DNA of 63,541 nucleotides, filler included, from Globobulimina sp. (Eukaryota): NCBI GenBank assembly GCA_003354225.1. It is 32 parts of 32 records of this genome, joined end to end, with 100 filler letters (N's around TTAATTAATTAA, not from the genome) between each part and the next. Parts side by side here need not be neighbours in the genome. Positions count along the whole stretch, not along the records: positions 23,874 to 25,762 come from PIVH01010869.1; positions 25,863 to 27,751 come from PIVH01010870.1; positions 27,852 to 29,740 come from PIVH01010871.1; positions 29,841 to 31,729 come from PIVH01010872.1; positions 31,830 to 33,718 come from PIVH01010873.1; positions 33,819 to 35,707 come from PIVH01010874.1; 26 more parts are not named here. One strand, 5' to 3'. Shown piece by piece: positions 24,180 to 34,669 of this stretch (position 1 is its first letter; each line of letters starts with the position of its first letter). The notes under the pieces were generated by a model. It saw only the letters and a program-made list of their open reading frames with translations, ran no database searches and was not told where the DNA came from. The position numbers and the translations under genes were made by a program.

Positions 24180-25211
24180 ATGGCAGACTCAAAAATGGAT
24201 GTTCATTTCCTGTTGTATGGGCATAAAGGTTGGATTGGTGGTCATATTGCGAGACATATCAAAGATTTACAAAGCGATGCCAAGTCCGCATACAATATCA
24301 AATTAACATTAAGTGAGATCCGCGTTGATGACCATCACGAAGTTGAAAATGAGATAAAATCGGTAGGCCCAACACATATCATCTCGACCATTGGCCGGAC
24401 CCACGGCGTAGCAAAAGATGGAAGCAAAATAGGCACAATCGATTATTTAGAATCATTGGATAAAACTTATGATAATATCCACGACAATTTATATGCACCG
24501 ATGATTTTGGCGCTATTATGCATCAAATATAATGTGCATTTCTCGTATTTGGGGACTGGATGCATTTTCCATTATGGATATAAGCAGAAAGCAGCAGATG
24601 AGGGCAAAGAGAGTGAGAGCAAAGAAGAGTATGCTTATGATATCAGCACAGAGTTTAAAGAGAGTGACCAGCCAAACTTCTTTGGCTCTCAATACTCGCA
24701 AATGAAGGGCTTCACCGATCAGTTGATGCACATTATGGAATACAGCAAAAACATATTAAATGTGCGCATTCGTATGCCCATCACTGACGAACTATTTTGT
24801 GACAGGAATTTGATTGCAAAGTTGGTGAAATACACGAAAATTGTCAACATCCCCAACAGTATGAGCAATTTAGACGACTTATTGCCGATTATGGTGGATA
24901 TGGCGTTGAATAATCGATACGGAACCATTCATTTAGCAAATCCCGGCGCGATGTGTCATGATGAAATATTGAAAATGTATCAAGAGATTATCGATGATGA
25001 GCATCAATGGCAGAATATCACTGTGGATGAATTGAAGGCAAAATGTAAGAATGTTAAAGCGGACCGATCCAACAATACATTGTGTAGTGAAAAATTGTTA
25101 TCCTGGTATCCCAATGTTAAACCCATTCGGCAGTCTGTACGAGATACGATGTTGCGCATTAAAAAGAAATTGCAATTGGATGGAAATAAACAAGCAATTA
25201 AACTAAAATAA
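24180..25211 (+). CDS. NDP-4-keto-6-deoxyglucose 3,5-epimerase/4-reductase (NRS/ER/UER1-like; L-rhamnose synthesis)
   Basis: LLYGHKGWIGG, IGRTHG, IDYLE, YLGTGCIF, PNFFGSQYSQMKG and LNVRIRMPI motifs; complete and intronless. Confidence 0.9.
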   Translation: MADSKMDVHFLLYGHKGWIGGHIARHIKDLQSDAKSAYNIKLTLSEIRVDDHHEVENEIKSVGPTHIISTIGRTHGVAKDGSKIGTIDYLESLDKTYDNIHDNLYAPMILALLCIKYNVHFSYLGTGCIFHYGYKQKAADEGKESESKEEYAYDISTEFKESDQPNFFGSQYSQMKGFTDQLMHIMEYSKNILNVRIRMPITDELFCDRNLIAKLVKYTKIVNIPNSMSNLDDLLPIMVDMALNNRYGTIHLANPGAMCHDEILKMYQEIIDDEHQWQNITVDELKAKCKNVKADRSNNTLCSEKLLSWYPNVKPIRQSVRDTMLRIKKKLQLDGNKQAIKLK

Positions 25212-25941
25212 TTTAAAATTTTATTTACATATAATTTAATTAGTTATCCATTTTAACATCCTTGTACATGTACATGTTTTTCACCCAAACTCCGAGTTTT
25301 GAAGTTTTTCAAAGGTTTTTCAGAGTAGTTACAAATAAAAATATTAAAATTATATAAAACTATAATAAAAATATAACAAAAAAAAGTACGCGATAGCATG
25401 ACTGTGGAGAAATGAAAAAAATAGAGACAAAAGTGATAAAACGATATTTTAATTAAAATGCACAGCGAATCAGTATTTTCTCAGATTGAAACAGATCCGA
25501 ATTCAAAAGTTTGTAAATTATTTTACATCCAACCTCAAATTAAAAGTGTCAACGAATGGATGAAGATGAGTCAGAGTCTGAAACACGATGTTGTGTCTCG
25601 TGACTAATTGACTTGCCTGATACGTCTGAAATTATTGATGTTTTTTTATTGATCTTTGTGAATTCAACATCATTTACACCCATTTCACCATAAACAGTGG
25701 TAGCTGTTGTTAGTGCTGCAGCACATGTTTTATTTGCTCTTATATTCAATGCCCGATCTATCNNNNNNNNNNNNNNNNNNNNNNNNNNNNNNNNNNNNNN
25801 NNNNNNTTAATTAATTAANNNNNNNNNNNNNNNNNNNNNNNNNNNNNNNNNNNNNNNNNNNNATATAAAACTATGATTATATACAACAGATAGAACTACC
25901 AGACAACAGATAGACATTTATTGTGGAATAATTTTAATTAA

Positions 25942-26448
25942 TTACTGTACGACATTACAAAACCAGTAATATTTCATTGCAAAATTGAATAATTTGGTGA
26001 TTGTATTTTCATCTTGAAAACAGATTGAAATACATGGCATATTATAACATTTTGCCAATTCATCAATTGTTTTACAATTATTACAGGCTTTATTTGACAT
26101 TGAATCACTAATTTTTACGATCATACAATTTTTCATACAATCTCGTTGATCCCATAACATTTTGCATGTATTATTGGCATCAATCAGCGAATCATATTCA
26201 TTTAATATAATCATATTAATTAATGGATGTTTTGATTTTGCTGGATTAATATTCCGATTCTTCCCGTTATTAACCGATATTAAATCCAACCTAATTTTAC
26301 ATCCGTCCACATGCACGGTACGCATATGTCTATGACGAGTGGAATGCGAATGTAATTGTAATTGTAATGAAGGCAATGTTGCATCGCATAAAACATCAAA
26401 TACGGTCTCCAATTCACTGTCTTTGTTTCTGTCTATATTAAAATTCAA
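25942..26448 (-). CDS. Degenerate Ras-like small GTPase region, 5' truncated
   Basis: RTVHVDGCKIRLDLI..DELAKCYNMPCISICFQDENTITKLF resembles the Ras fold without intact G motifs. Confidence 0.5.
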   Translation of the reverse strand: MNFNIDRNKDSELETVFDVLCDATLPSLQLQLHSHSTRHRHMRTVHVDGCKIRLDLISVNNGKNRNINPAKSKHPLINMIILNEYDSLIDANNTCKMLWDQRDCMKNCMIVKISDSMSNKACNNCKTIDELAKCYNMPCISICFQDENTITKLFNFAMKYYWFCNVVQ

Positions 26449-26489
26449 ATAATCATTTTTTTACACCGCCAGAACGTTCTATCAGATTA

Positions 26490-26700
26490 CGGAAACACGC
26501 AAGGAACATTTGCTGTACGTTTGTGTATACCAATTGGTTACGTATATAACCTGCAGAATGCAGATAACACGTTAGGAACATTTGCAAAATGCAGAAGTTA
26601 CGTATATAACCTATACATAATGCAAAATAAAAAGGTTTCTGACGAAAGGTTTCTTAATTGCACAATTTTGAACGTGCGTACGAAAGGTTTCTGACGTTAT
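26490..26700. repeat. Cluster of short interspersed direct repeats
   Basis: aggaacatttgc x2, gttacgtatataacct x2 (quasi-palindromic), aaaggtttct x3. Confidence 0.85.
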
Positions 26701-26812
26701 AAAATTGTACGTGCAGTGATTTATAAAATGTGCAGTTGTGATTTTCAGAAACTATACAAATTAAGGTTTAATTTTACGGTTAACGACGTAAAAAACAACG
26801 GAATTTATGTAA

Positions 26813-27262
26813 TTAACTGGCAACATGAAGTCCCACAGAGACCGGTTCCGTTGAGAAATTTGTTTGAGTTAAATACCAATTTCGACATAATGTTTTCTGT
26901 AATAATTGAGCTTGTTTTGAATAATATTTTTCACATTTTATAATGGGATATGTTATTTTATACTCTTCTGAATGATGATACGAGTGATATTTGATTAAAT
27001 ACATAATTTCTTTAGGTATTGCATCGTAAAAAGTGGATAAAGATTGAATTAATGCATCGTCATGATTATTGGACCAAATCCAATCTTTTGTTGAATAACG
27101 GATGATATTGATGTTTTTTATTCTTTTATCATTCATGAAACAATTACATTCACCGATGAATGTATGCTGGGGGCACGTAGAACCCATTGAGGAGAAAGAA
27201 GTAGTAAAGTTGTAAAGTGAAATCATTTGTTCGTAAGGTTTTTTAAAATTTTCCATCATCAC
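26813..27262 (-). CDS. Small intronless ORF with weak similarity to the myo-inositol oxygenase C-terminal motif
   Basis: WSNNHDDAL..IPKEIMYLIKYHSYH resembles MIOX SWGHDEY..LPxEAxxMIRYHSF. Confidence 0.4.
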   Translation of the reverse strand: MMMENFKKPYEQMISLYNFTTSFSSMGSTCPQHTFIGECNCFMNDKRIKNINIIRYSTKDWIWSNNHDDALIQSLSTFYDAIPKEIMYLIKYHSYHHSEEYKITYPIIKCEKYYSKQAQLLQKTLCRNWYLTQTNFSTEPVSVGLHVAS

Positions 27263-27286
27263 AAAAAAATAATAATATATAGCGAT

Positions 27287-27751
27287 TTATGAGAACTTAA
27301 ACCAATGTGCGACAGAATAGCAACTTGATGATGACGCCGGAGGTGCAGTAACAATCATTTGTAACTCTTCATTTTTTCTTTGTAATCTCTTCATTTCCTT
27401 GATTTTTTTATTCAATTTAGTTTGCGTTCCTTTACATTGATTCTGATATCTATCCATTTCCACATTCATTTCCCTTATTTTTTCATGATTGGTATTTATA
27501 ATTTCTTCAATTTTTGCCTGATAAAATCCGACTATTTTATCCTTTTCCTCTTTCCACTCCTCTATTAATTTTTTTTTCTGAATATTAAATTGTTCATTTA
27601 ATTCATAATTTTGCCGCGTGCATTTTTTAATAATCGTGTCTTTTTCAGCTAACTGTTCCTTCAAATTCTCATTTTTCTCGTTTAATACATTTATTTTTAT
27701 CTCATATCCAATTTTTTCTCTATGAACCATTTCTTCGAATTCTACAATTTT
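27287..27751 (-). CDS. Coiled-coil protein C-terminus; 5' partial
   Basis: K/E-rich heptads, intronless; stop lies 24 bp upstream of the next ORF. Confidence 0.6.
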   Translation of the reverse strand, partial: KIVEFEEMVHREKIGYEIKINVLNEKNENLKEQLAEKDTIIKKCTRQNYELNEQFNIQKKKLIEEWKEEKDKIVGFYQAKIEEIINTNHEKIREMNVEMDRYQNQCKGTQTKLNKKIKEMKRLQRKNEELQMIVTAPPASSSSCYSVAHWFKFS

Positions 27752-27906
27752 NNNNNNNNNNNNNNNNNNNNNNNNNNNNNNNNNNNNNNNNNNNNTTAAT
27801 TAATTAANNNNNNNNNNNNNNNNNNNNNNNNNNNNNNNNNNNNNNNNNNNNTTAAACAATTAATATCAACATAAATCGTAAATCAAGGAGCACACTCAAA
27901 CATTGA

Positions 27907-28134
27907 TTAATTGATTGAAAGAACTGCATTTATCGCAGATGTTTTACGTTTCATGTTTTTTCTGTTTAGAGGTTTGTAGGTTTGACCAATATTTTCAGTA
28001 CAGATCAGCAGTAATGAAAGGAACATAATCGGATTTTGTCGGACCTACAAACATTGAAACCTTGAATCATCTAAACATAAAAAAACCTGAAACCTAAAAC
28101 CTCTGCGATAAATGCAGTTGTTTCATTAATTTAA
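27907..28134. mobile_element. MITE/fold-back-like element with ~65-bp imperfect terminal inverted repeats
   Basis: tgaaagaactgcatttatcgcagatgttttacgtttca.. pairs with ..tgaaacctaaaacctctgcgataaatgcagttgtttca; TTAA at both outer ends; non-coding. Confidence 0.7.
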
Positions 28135-28331
28135 GACATTCTTTGTTTGCAATAATAACAACCCGAACCAATCGTTAAGTAACAATAAAAATGATTAAAA
28201 TACAACTAGTAAAATAACTCAAGTGAAATAACTAAGTCAACATTCTCACACTTCTTCCAGTTCATTGATAGTATAGTGATTACTCATTACTCATTGCCAG
28301 GTTCTATTATCATTACCAATAAGCATCAACA

Positions 28332-29740
28332 ATGAATATTTTTGTGTTATTATTTGGTTTATTCACATTTATTTACCAATCAAATTCAATTAAAAAGAAG
28401 TACCAAAGTGCGCTATTTTTAGATCAAGTAACATTTGAAATGGGTAGTGTGAGAATATCACAAAGCCGTGGAACTATACTGCAATAGGCCTCATACTCAG
28501 AGGACGAAAAAAAAGATAAAAAAAAATGTGACAAAGCAGTATCATCTGCATTTGAAGTAATCATCGAAACAGCAAAAATAATTAAAACCATTCATGATAA
28601 ACCAGAAACCTTAGGCACTCCAGAAACAATCATTAGTATTGCAAAAGTTGAGTACATTGTTTCTTATTAAATAGCACGCGACCTATAAATTGAATAATTT
28701 ATTGTTGGCCACACGCGACCTATAAATTGAATAATGTTTTTCTGTTTGTTTGAAACAGGGAACATCAAAAGTAATGACCAGCATTTCTGCCGCCTTAAAA
28801 GCACTCAATTTTGGCAAACAAATTGTATCGTATTTAGGACCAATCGGGTCGGCTGCAGCGGGAATCACAGATTTGATCCAATTGTTACTGTATGTAAATT
28901 GTATTTATTTTTGTTATAATTATGTGTAACATTTTTACTGTCTTTTAAACAGACCTGAACCAAAAACACCGTCAGAAATAGAATTATTGGAAGAGAGAGT
29001 GAACCAAAGATTTGATAATTTTGATATTAAAATGGAGCAAATTGATTTAAAATTAGATTTTGGAATCAATGTAACAAAATATGTTGGTAAGCAAATTCAA
29101 AAACAAATACTAAAAACAGAGGACAATTTAAAAATGTTTATACAACAACAAATTGATGACACGCAAAACATTGTAATCCGGGAACCGTTAAAACAATTAT
29201 ACAGAACAACACATTCAAAGTTATCTCAATATGAAAATATGGTAAACAATTTAAACAAATTCAGTGATACTGCAGCATTATATTTACATTCTGTATTTTA
29301 TCGACATGATATTTTGGCTGAAAATCAATTAATAATATTTTGGCAAAAAATAAAAGAAATGCACCAACAGTATGCTGGGAAATATGATGAAGCTATAATT
29401 GGAATGGGCTCATTATTATATAATATCGAATCTGTGTTTAAAGATCTTTCCTATAATACATCGCATTCAAAAGAAAGCACCAATTTAGCTGACATTTATT
29501 CCAATATTATCATGTGTTTAACCAATATGTTCATACAATTACAGCAGACAGAAACATATGTGGCATCATTTTATTTCTTATCCAATGTGAATAATAAAAC
29601 ATTTAGTTATAATTCTGATTTTGATGCATTTTTTAAACAATCAGCAGAATGTCAAAAGAAAGTCAGAGACATTTTTAGCCGCTTTGAACAAAACTGTGAA
29701 GACACTGCTGTATTGCACGCAAGGCTGTTATGTCATGAAT
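28332..29740 (+). CDS. Secreted helical protein with toxin-like hydrophobic hairpin; exons 28332-28427, 28488-28646, 28759-28889, 28953-end; 3' partial
   Basis: Signal peptide MNIFVLLFGLFTFIYQSNS; three GT-AG introns give a continuous frame ..IVSYLGPIGSAAAGITDLIQLLLPEPKTPSEIELLEERVNQRFDNFD.. Confidence 0.75.
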
Positions 29741-29841
29741 NNNNNNNNNNNNNNNNNNNNNNNNNNNNNNNNNNNNNNNNNNNNTTAATTAATTAANNNN
29801 NNNNNNNNNNNNNNNNNNNNNNNNNNNNNNNNNNNNNNNNG

Positions 29842-29952
29842 TTCGCAGCTGCGGCCCAAAAAGGCGTCGATCTGGCTTTTGAAGCCAGCGTTGGCGGATG
29901 CATGCCCACCATCAAATCCATACGGGAATCGCTGGTTGGAAATCATATCAAG
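29842..29952 (+). CDS. hom: Bacterial homoserine dehydrogenase fragment fused to host DNA
   Basis: FAAAAQKGVDLAFEASVGGCMPTIKSIRESLVGNHIK matches the FEAxVGGGxPxI motif; clearly GC-richer than the flank. Confidence 0.88.
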
Positions 29953-30039
29953 GATTTGAACGACAACACCAGCAAAGGAGGTGCAGTAAAATGCTACTTG
30001 TCCACCTCTTTCACTCACACTTCTCCATACATTGGGATC

Positions 30040-31143
30040 AGTGACTATTAATAATGATAAATAATCCGCTACTTTGAGAAAAACTGATGTATATCGCATG
30101 TTGGTTTGTAACATTTCCATTGAAAAATGCACACTCAACGCAAATAAATATTGCATCAATGAGGGGGCTTTAAACACAACATAATATCTAACAAAATTCC
30201 AATAAATTACATCAAATATCCATTCTGTCAAATATTCCAAACAAACATAATGATCATTCATTGTTTTTTGTGCTCTCAATTGGTCACAGATTCTGGCTGT
30301 TCGTTTGCTGATAAATTTCAATAATTTGCTCCAAATATTGAATACTATATAAATAAGCTCAAATCTGTTATTTAATAATTCAGTACTTACTGCAAACTGA
30401 AAATGTATGGCAAATATTGTTAGGCCATATAACAACAAATAAATTACACATGAAGCTATTGGATATGATGAAGTTGTTGGCAAATGATTGCTTTCTTGTT
30501 TGTTGTGTGCATCATTTTGAATTAACGACATCTCAAACTCGCTAACATTGACGCGTTGATTAGTTTTGTTACGTATGCTGTAACAGTAATACATTAAGTA
30601 CATTACATACAAAACCAATGGCATAATGGCACGATGTATCAAATAAAACCATGTATCGAACAGGTTCAACGCACTGTGTTCAAAGTATTTGCATAGCTTC
30701 GAATCAGGTTTAACGAGAAAAACATTGTTCCATTTATATTTGAAAGAAATGGTGATTGATGATAATATGACCAATATTGTTAAGAAAGTTAATAAAAGAA
30801 AAAGTAAGTTGTGTGAATGTGATGTATGTTTTTGTATAATTTTGTCAAGTATATCATGTGCAGAGTGACAATTTACTAACATGATTACTATGAATAATGG
30901 AGGAAGACAATGTGAAATTAGTATTAATATGGCATCAATCCAATAGAATCCACTTTCAATAAACCATACTGGATATCGAATATGAATATAATGTGGAATG
31001 AATTGAGATGATGTGATTACTGCAAATACAAATACAATTATAATCAGTGAATAAAAAAATACTGCTTTCTGAGGTTCAACGGGATTAATGTACGGTTGGT
31101 AATAATATTTGTATGCACCTCTTCTGGTTGAAAAGGATGGCAT
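30040..31143 (-). CDS. Multi-pass membrane protein; true 3' end lost at the chimeric junction
   Basis: Many hydrophobic helices; the ORF tail beyond about 30040 runs into foreign sequence. Confidence 0.7.
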
Positions 31144-31829
31144 TGCAACGGCATTAATCTTCAGTTGCTCTAAAGGTAATGTTAAACGCGAGACTTTAGC
31201 ATAAATATAAAAAAAGTTCAGTGAAGCGAGCCAGTCTGTCCAGTCACCGCAGTCGGTTTTTCATGATCAGTTATTTTCAAATGTCTTCTACTAACGTATG
31301 TATTACTCATTCACGCCCATATTAATTCACCTTAACCGGCAATACCTCCCCAAAAGAGGAACAAAAACCCAATCAAAAGAAAACATAATCAAAACAAACG
31401 AGGGAAAAAAAGAAATTCTCGCGGTTTATTATCAACAAATGACGACAACAACAACACTGTGAATCCTCATCCACCAAAACGAGTTTGAACTTACACTTCA
31501 TTTTACAATTATTTTTTTGATTTAACTAACACTCAAAAAATAAGCAACGAATAGCGTATGACACCTCATTACAGACAATACTCCAAGCCACAGCCGCTGA
31601 GACCAATGCATTGCCAGAACCCTTAAAAACACAGGCAATCGCACTCAGAAAACGACGTAATATAAATAGTACAACAATTCACCGCAATAATAACAACCAA
31701 AATAACCACAACAACAACAACAATATCCCNNNNNNNNNNNNNNNNNNNNNNNNNNNNNNNNNNNNNNNNNNNNTTAATTAATTAANNNNNNNNNNNNNNN
31801 NNNNNNNNNNNNNNNNNNNNNNNNNNNNN

Positions 31830-33247
31830 ATCTGTATTAATTTGCTGCACTTTTAAATTTGTATTACCAGCTGTTACCTTCATTCCATTCCCTTCAAATG
31901 AAGTGCCATTCTGCTCAGCAAACAAATTATTATTACCCATTCCAAACAGATTATTATTTGTCATATGGATCTCCTCCACAATTTCTTTATTTTTATTCTG
32001 ATACTTTCGAAGAAATACAAAACAAATCAAAATACAACATAAAAATATTAGTACACTGACCCCAACACTCAAAAGTATCATAGGATTACCAACCAGATCT
32101 GCAAACATATTACTTTTCATATTTCGACTTGTGAATAACGTTTCTGTTGTTGATATAAATACGGTCGGAAATGTTTTTGTTGGCATGGATGTTGTTGGTG
32201 TTGTTGTAGCATTCGTGTGTATGGTTGGAGAGATAGTAGGAGCAGCAGTGGGTATTGCTGTAGTCCAACATGGCGTAGATTGCGTGAATACATTTCCATT
32301 ATTAAGACTGTAGCCGGCATTACAAGTAATATTCACGTCAGTAAGCACTGTATTTGCGCCTGTTTTTAGCCACACATCATTGCCAATGCCGTCTATTGTG
32401 TTAATATCTGCCAATAATAGTGTTCCTCCGTCAGATAAATCGAGAATACATGGCGCTATTTCTGGTCCATTATAAGAGCTGTTCTGAGGACAATTTATTT
32501 GTACTGGTCCTTTATTTGAGTCACCTGTGAGATATTTAATTAAATCAAACGCACATTTTAAACTTGATATGTATGGAGTTTATAAGTTTATAGTTATACC
32601 TGCATATTCTGACCCAGCACCGACTATAATTTCCAAATATTTTGAATCTTTGGCTTCAACATTCATGTCCTTGCATTCATCACCTTGTTACATGTATATG
32701 CAGTGAACCTGAAACATAATATATGATAACAAACCTGTTCCGAAGGTACAGTTAATTCTAATATTTTGGGTATTAGTGCCACCATTAACTGTTAGTTGGC
32801 TAAATGATTTTTGTTCTGTCATTTCAAATGTTGCATTGCCAGAGTTTGGTGCATTAACAGTAGCTGCTTTTAAGCATTCTATTCCAGACGAAATTACTGT
32901 TAATTCATGAGTCGTGTTCGTTGCATTTAATGTGCCGAGCTCGAAACATTTTTGCATCTCACATAGAAACGTACACCAACCACTATTGCCACAATTAAAT
33001 CCATATCTTTGTTTTTTTTCTTCGTCGCAATGAAATATACAATGATCGTGTCTGGTGGCTTGAGGACATGAAAATTGACCAGCAGATGAATTTCGGTGGT
33101 GATTAGTACCTAATGCTAACGGTGTGCTAACGCTTGCAAATATATTACGTACTTCATATAAGATATATGGAGCATCAACAAATGGAGTTCATACGTGTTA
33201 GAGCAGGCCATTGTATATAAAATAAAACAATATATGCTGAGAACCAT
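31830..33247 (-). CDS. Cys-rich type I membrane surface protein with Thr/Pro stalk; multi-exon, 3' partial
   Basis: Signal MVLSIYCFILYTMACS; PTAAPTISPT stalk; TM ILLSVGVSVLIFLCCILICFVFL. Confidence 0.75.
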
Positions 33248-33347
33248 TGACCCATATACTAAATTAATTATCCACTATATTAATTTTTCTTTGTTGCAAA
33301 TAGATTTATTTAAGCTGGTTTTTCTTAGTAAGTTTTTATAGTTCAAG

Positions 33348-33718
33348 ATGTACACAAATACTGATTCTTTATTTTCAGTATGGCTGATTATCATATTTTT
33401 GTATGTTTACATATTCAACGCTCAATATTATCGTTTGCAACAATTTGCAATAAAAATATCATCAGCGATACGAGTTAAGTCAAATATAATTAAATATCCA
33501 CATCAATTGAATTACGTAATACATTGACTAATCAGACACCAAGTTTAGAAGAGCAAAATGTGATGAAAGTAAGGAAAGAAATAAATGCATTGGAAATGAA
33601 AGCGGATAAAGTGAATACACCACAAACATTCTCAAAATGGGCTAAAATAAATAGGGAAATAACACAATTAAAAGATGATGAATCTGCTTTGAAGCAAGTG
33701 GTTGAAATGCAAAAATCA
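33348..33718 (+). CDS. GET1: GET1/WRB-like tail-anchored protein insertase; intron 33474-33535; 3' partial
   Basis: N-terminal TM, then coiled coil VRKEINALEMKADKVNTPQTFSKWAKINREITQLK. Confidence 0.7.
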
Positions 33719-33818
33719 NNNNNNNNNNNNNNNNNNNNNNNNNNNNNNNNNNNNNNNNNNNNTTAATTAATTAANNNNNNNNNNNNNNNNNNNNNNNNNN
33801 NNNNNNNNNNNNNNNNNN

Positions 33819-34589
33819 TGCTTATTAATTTATCATTACTCATATCCTGAGGTTCATAAAATAGTAACATCTGTCCGCTTATTTACATGTTGTACATTCT
33901 GCCTCGGCGCAGCCACCACGTCGGCCTTTGTCACATCGAGTATGGATGGCCTATATAAATCGAAAAAAAACCAACAAACATCACCCAAATGGTTTGTTCT
34001 TTTATGGAAAATCGATATGAGTATGATTGTGCTTTCATTGTTATCTGGTTCATTTTGTGCTTATTACTTTGAAAACGGTACATTTTTTAATTTATATTAT
34101 ATCTGCATTGATATCACACTATGCATTGGTGCCATTATCATAGTATTTGCATTGATTGAAATACGAAACAGAATTAATGAAATTATTCAAAATACAATTA
34201 AATTAACACAATATACAGAAAATAGCACCACAACATCACATATGAATGATACAATGCATTATTACAAAAAACAAGCACGAAAATTGAAAAGAACAAAATG
34301 TAAATTTGATATCATTGTCATTATAATTTTGCTGTGTTCAATCACTGTTGGATATAACTTATATTTTGCTGTCAAAAAATTAAATTTTAAATCAAAAATA
34401 TCTATTTATGACTCACCATATCCGACATTAACAGATTATGTCAGTCATTTACTGTTTACATTGACATTTGATTCTATGCTGGTTCTATGGATCTGGAAAC
34501 CATGTCTTTGCTGGAAAAAGAAACGTAAAAGTCGGACTAAAATCGTATTGAAAACCTCAACTATTAATGTAATACCAACGATACATTGA
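33819..34589 (+). CDS. Multi-pass membrane protein C-terminus; 5' partial
   Basis: Four or more hydrophobic segments and a basic tail. Confidence 0.65.
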   Translation, partial: CLLIYHYSYPEVHKIVTSVRLFTCCTFCLGAATTSAFVTSSMDGLYKSKKNQQTSPKWFVLLWKIDMSMIVLSLLSGSFCAYYFENGTFFNLYYICIDITLCIGAIIIVFALIEIRNRINEIIQNTIKLTQYTENSTTTSHMNDTMHYYKKQARKLKRTKCKFDIIVIIILLCSITVGYNLYFAVKKLNFKSKISIYDSPYPTLTDYVSHLLFTLTFDSMLVLWIWKPCLCWKKKRKSRTKIVLKTSTINVIPTIH

Positions 34590-34669
34590 TTTTTTTCGAA
34601 TTTTGAGCTTCTAAAATGTAAAAACGGACTTTGCTCAAAATCCAAAAACGTTTCTGAAAATGTCTCGTT

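Noticed and set aside
28485..28487. In-frame TAG suggesting a pseudogene or ciliate-type code
   Set aside because: It is the acceptor of a 60-nt intron (28428-28487); long ORFs elsewhere read normally in the standard code.
28675..28735. 24-bp direct repeat cacgcgacctataaattgaataat
   Set aside because: A local duplication inside an intron, with no other copies seen in the window.
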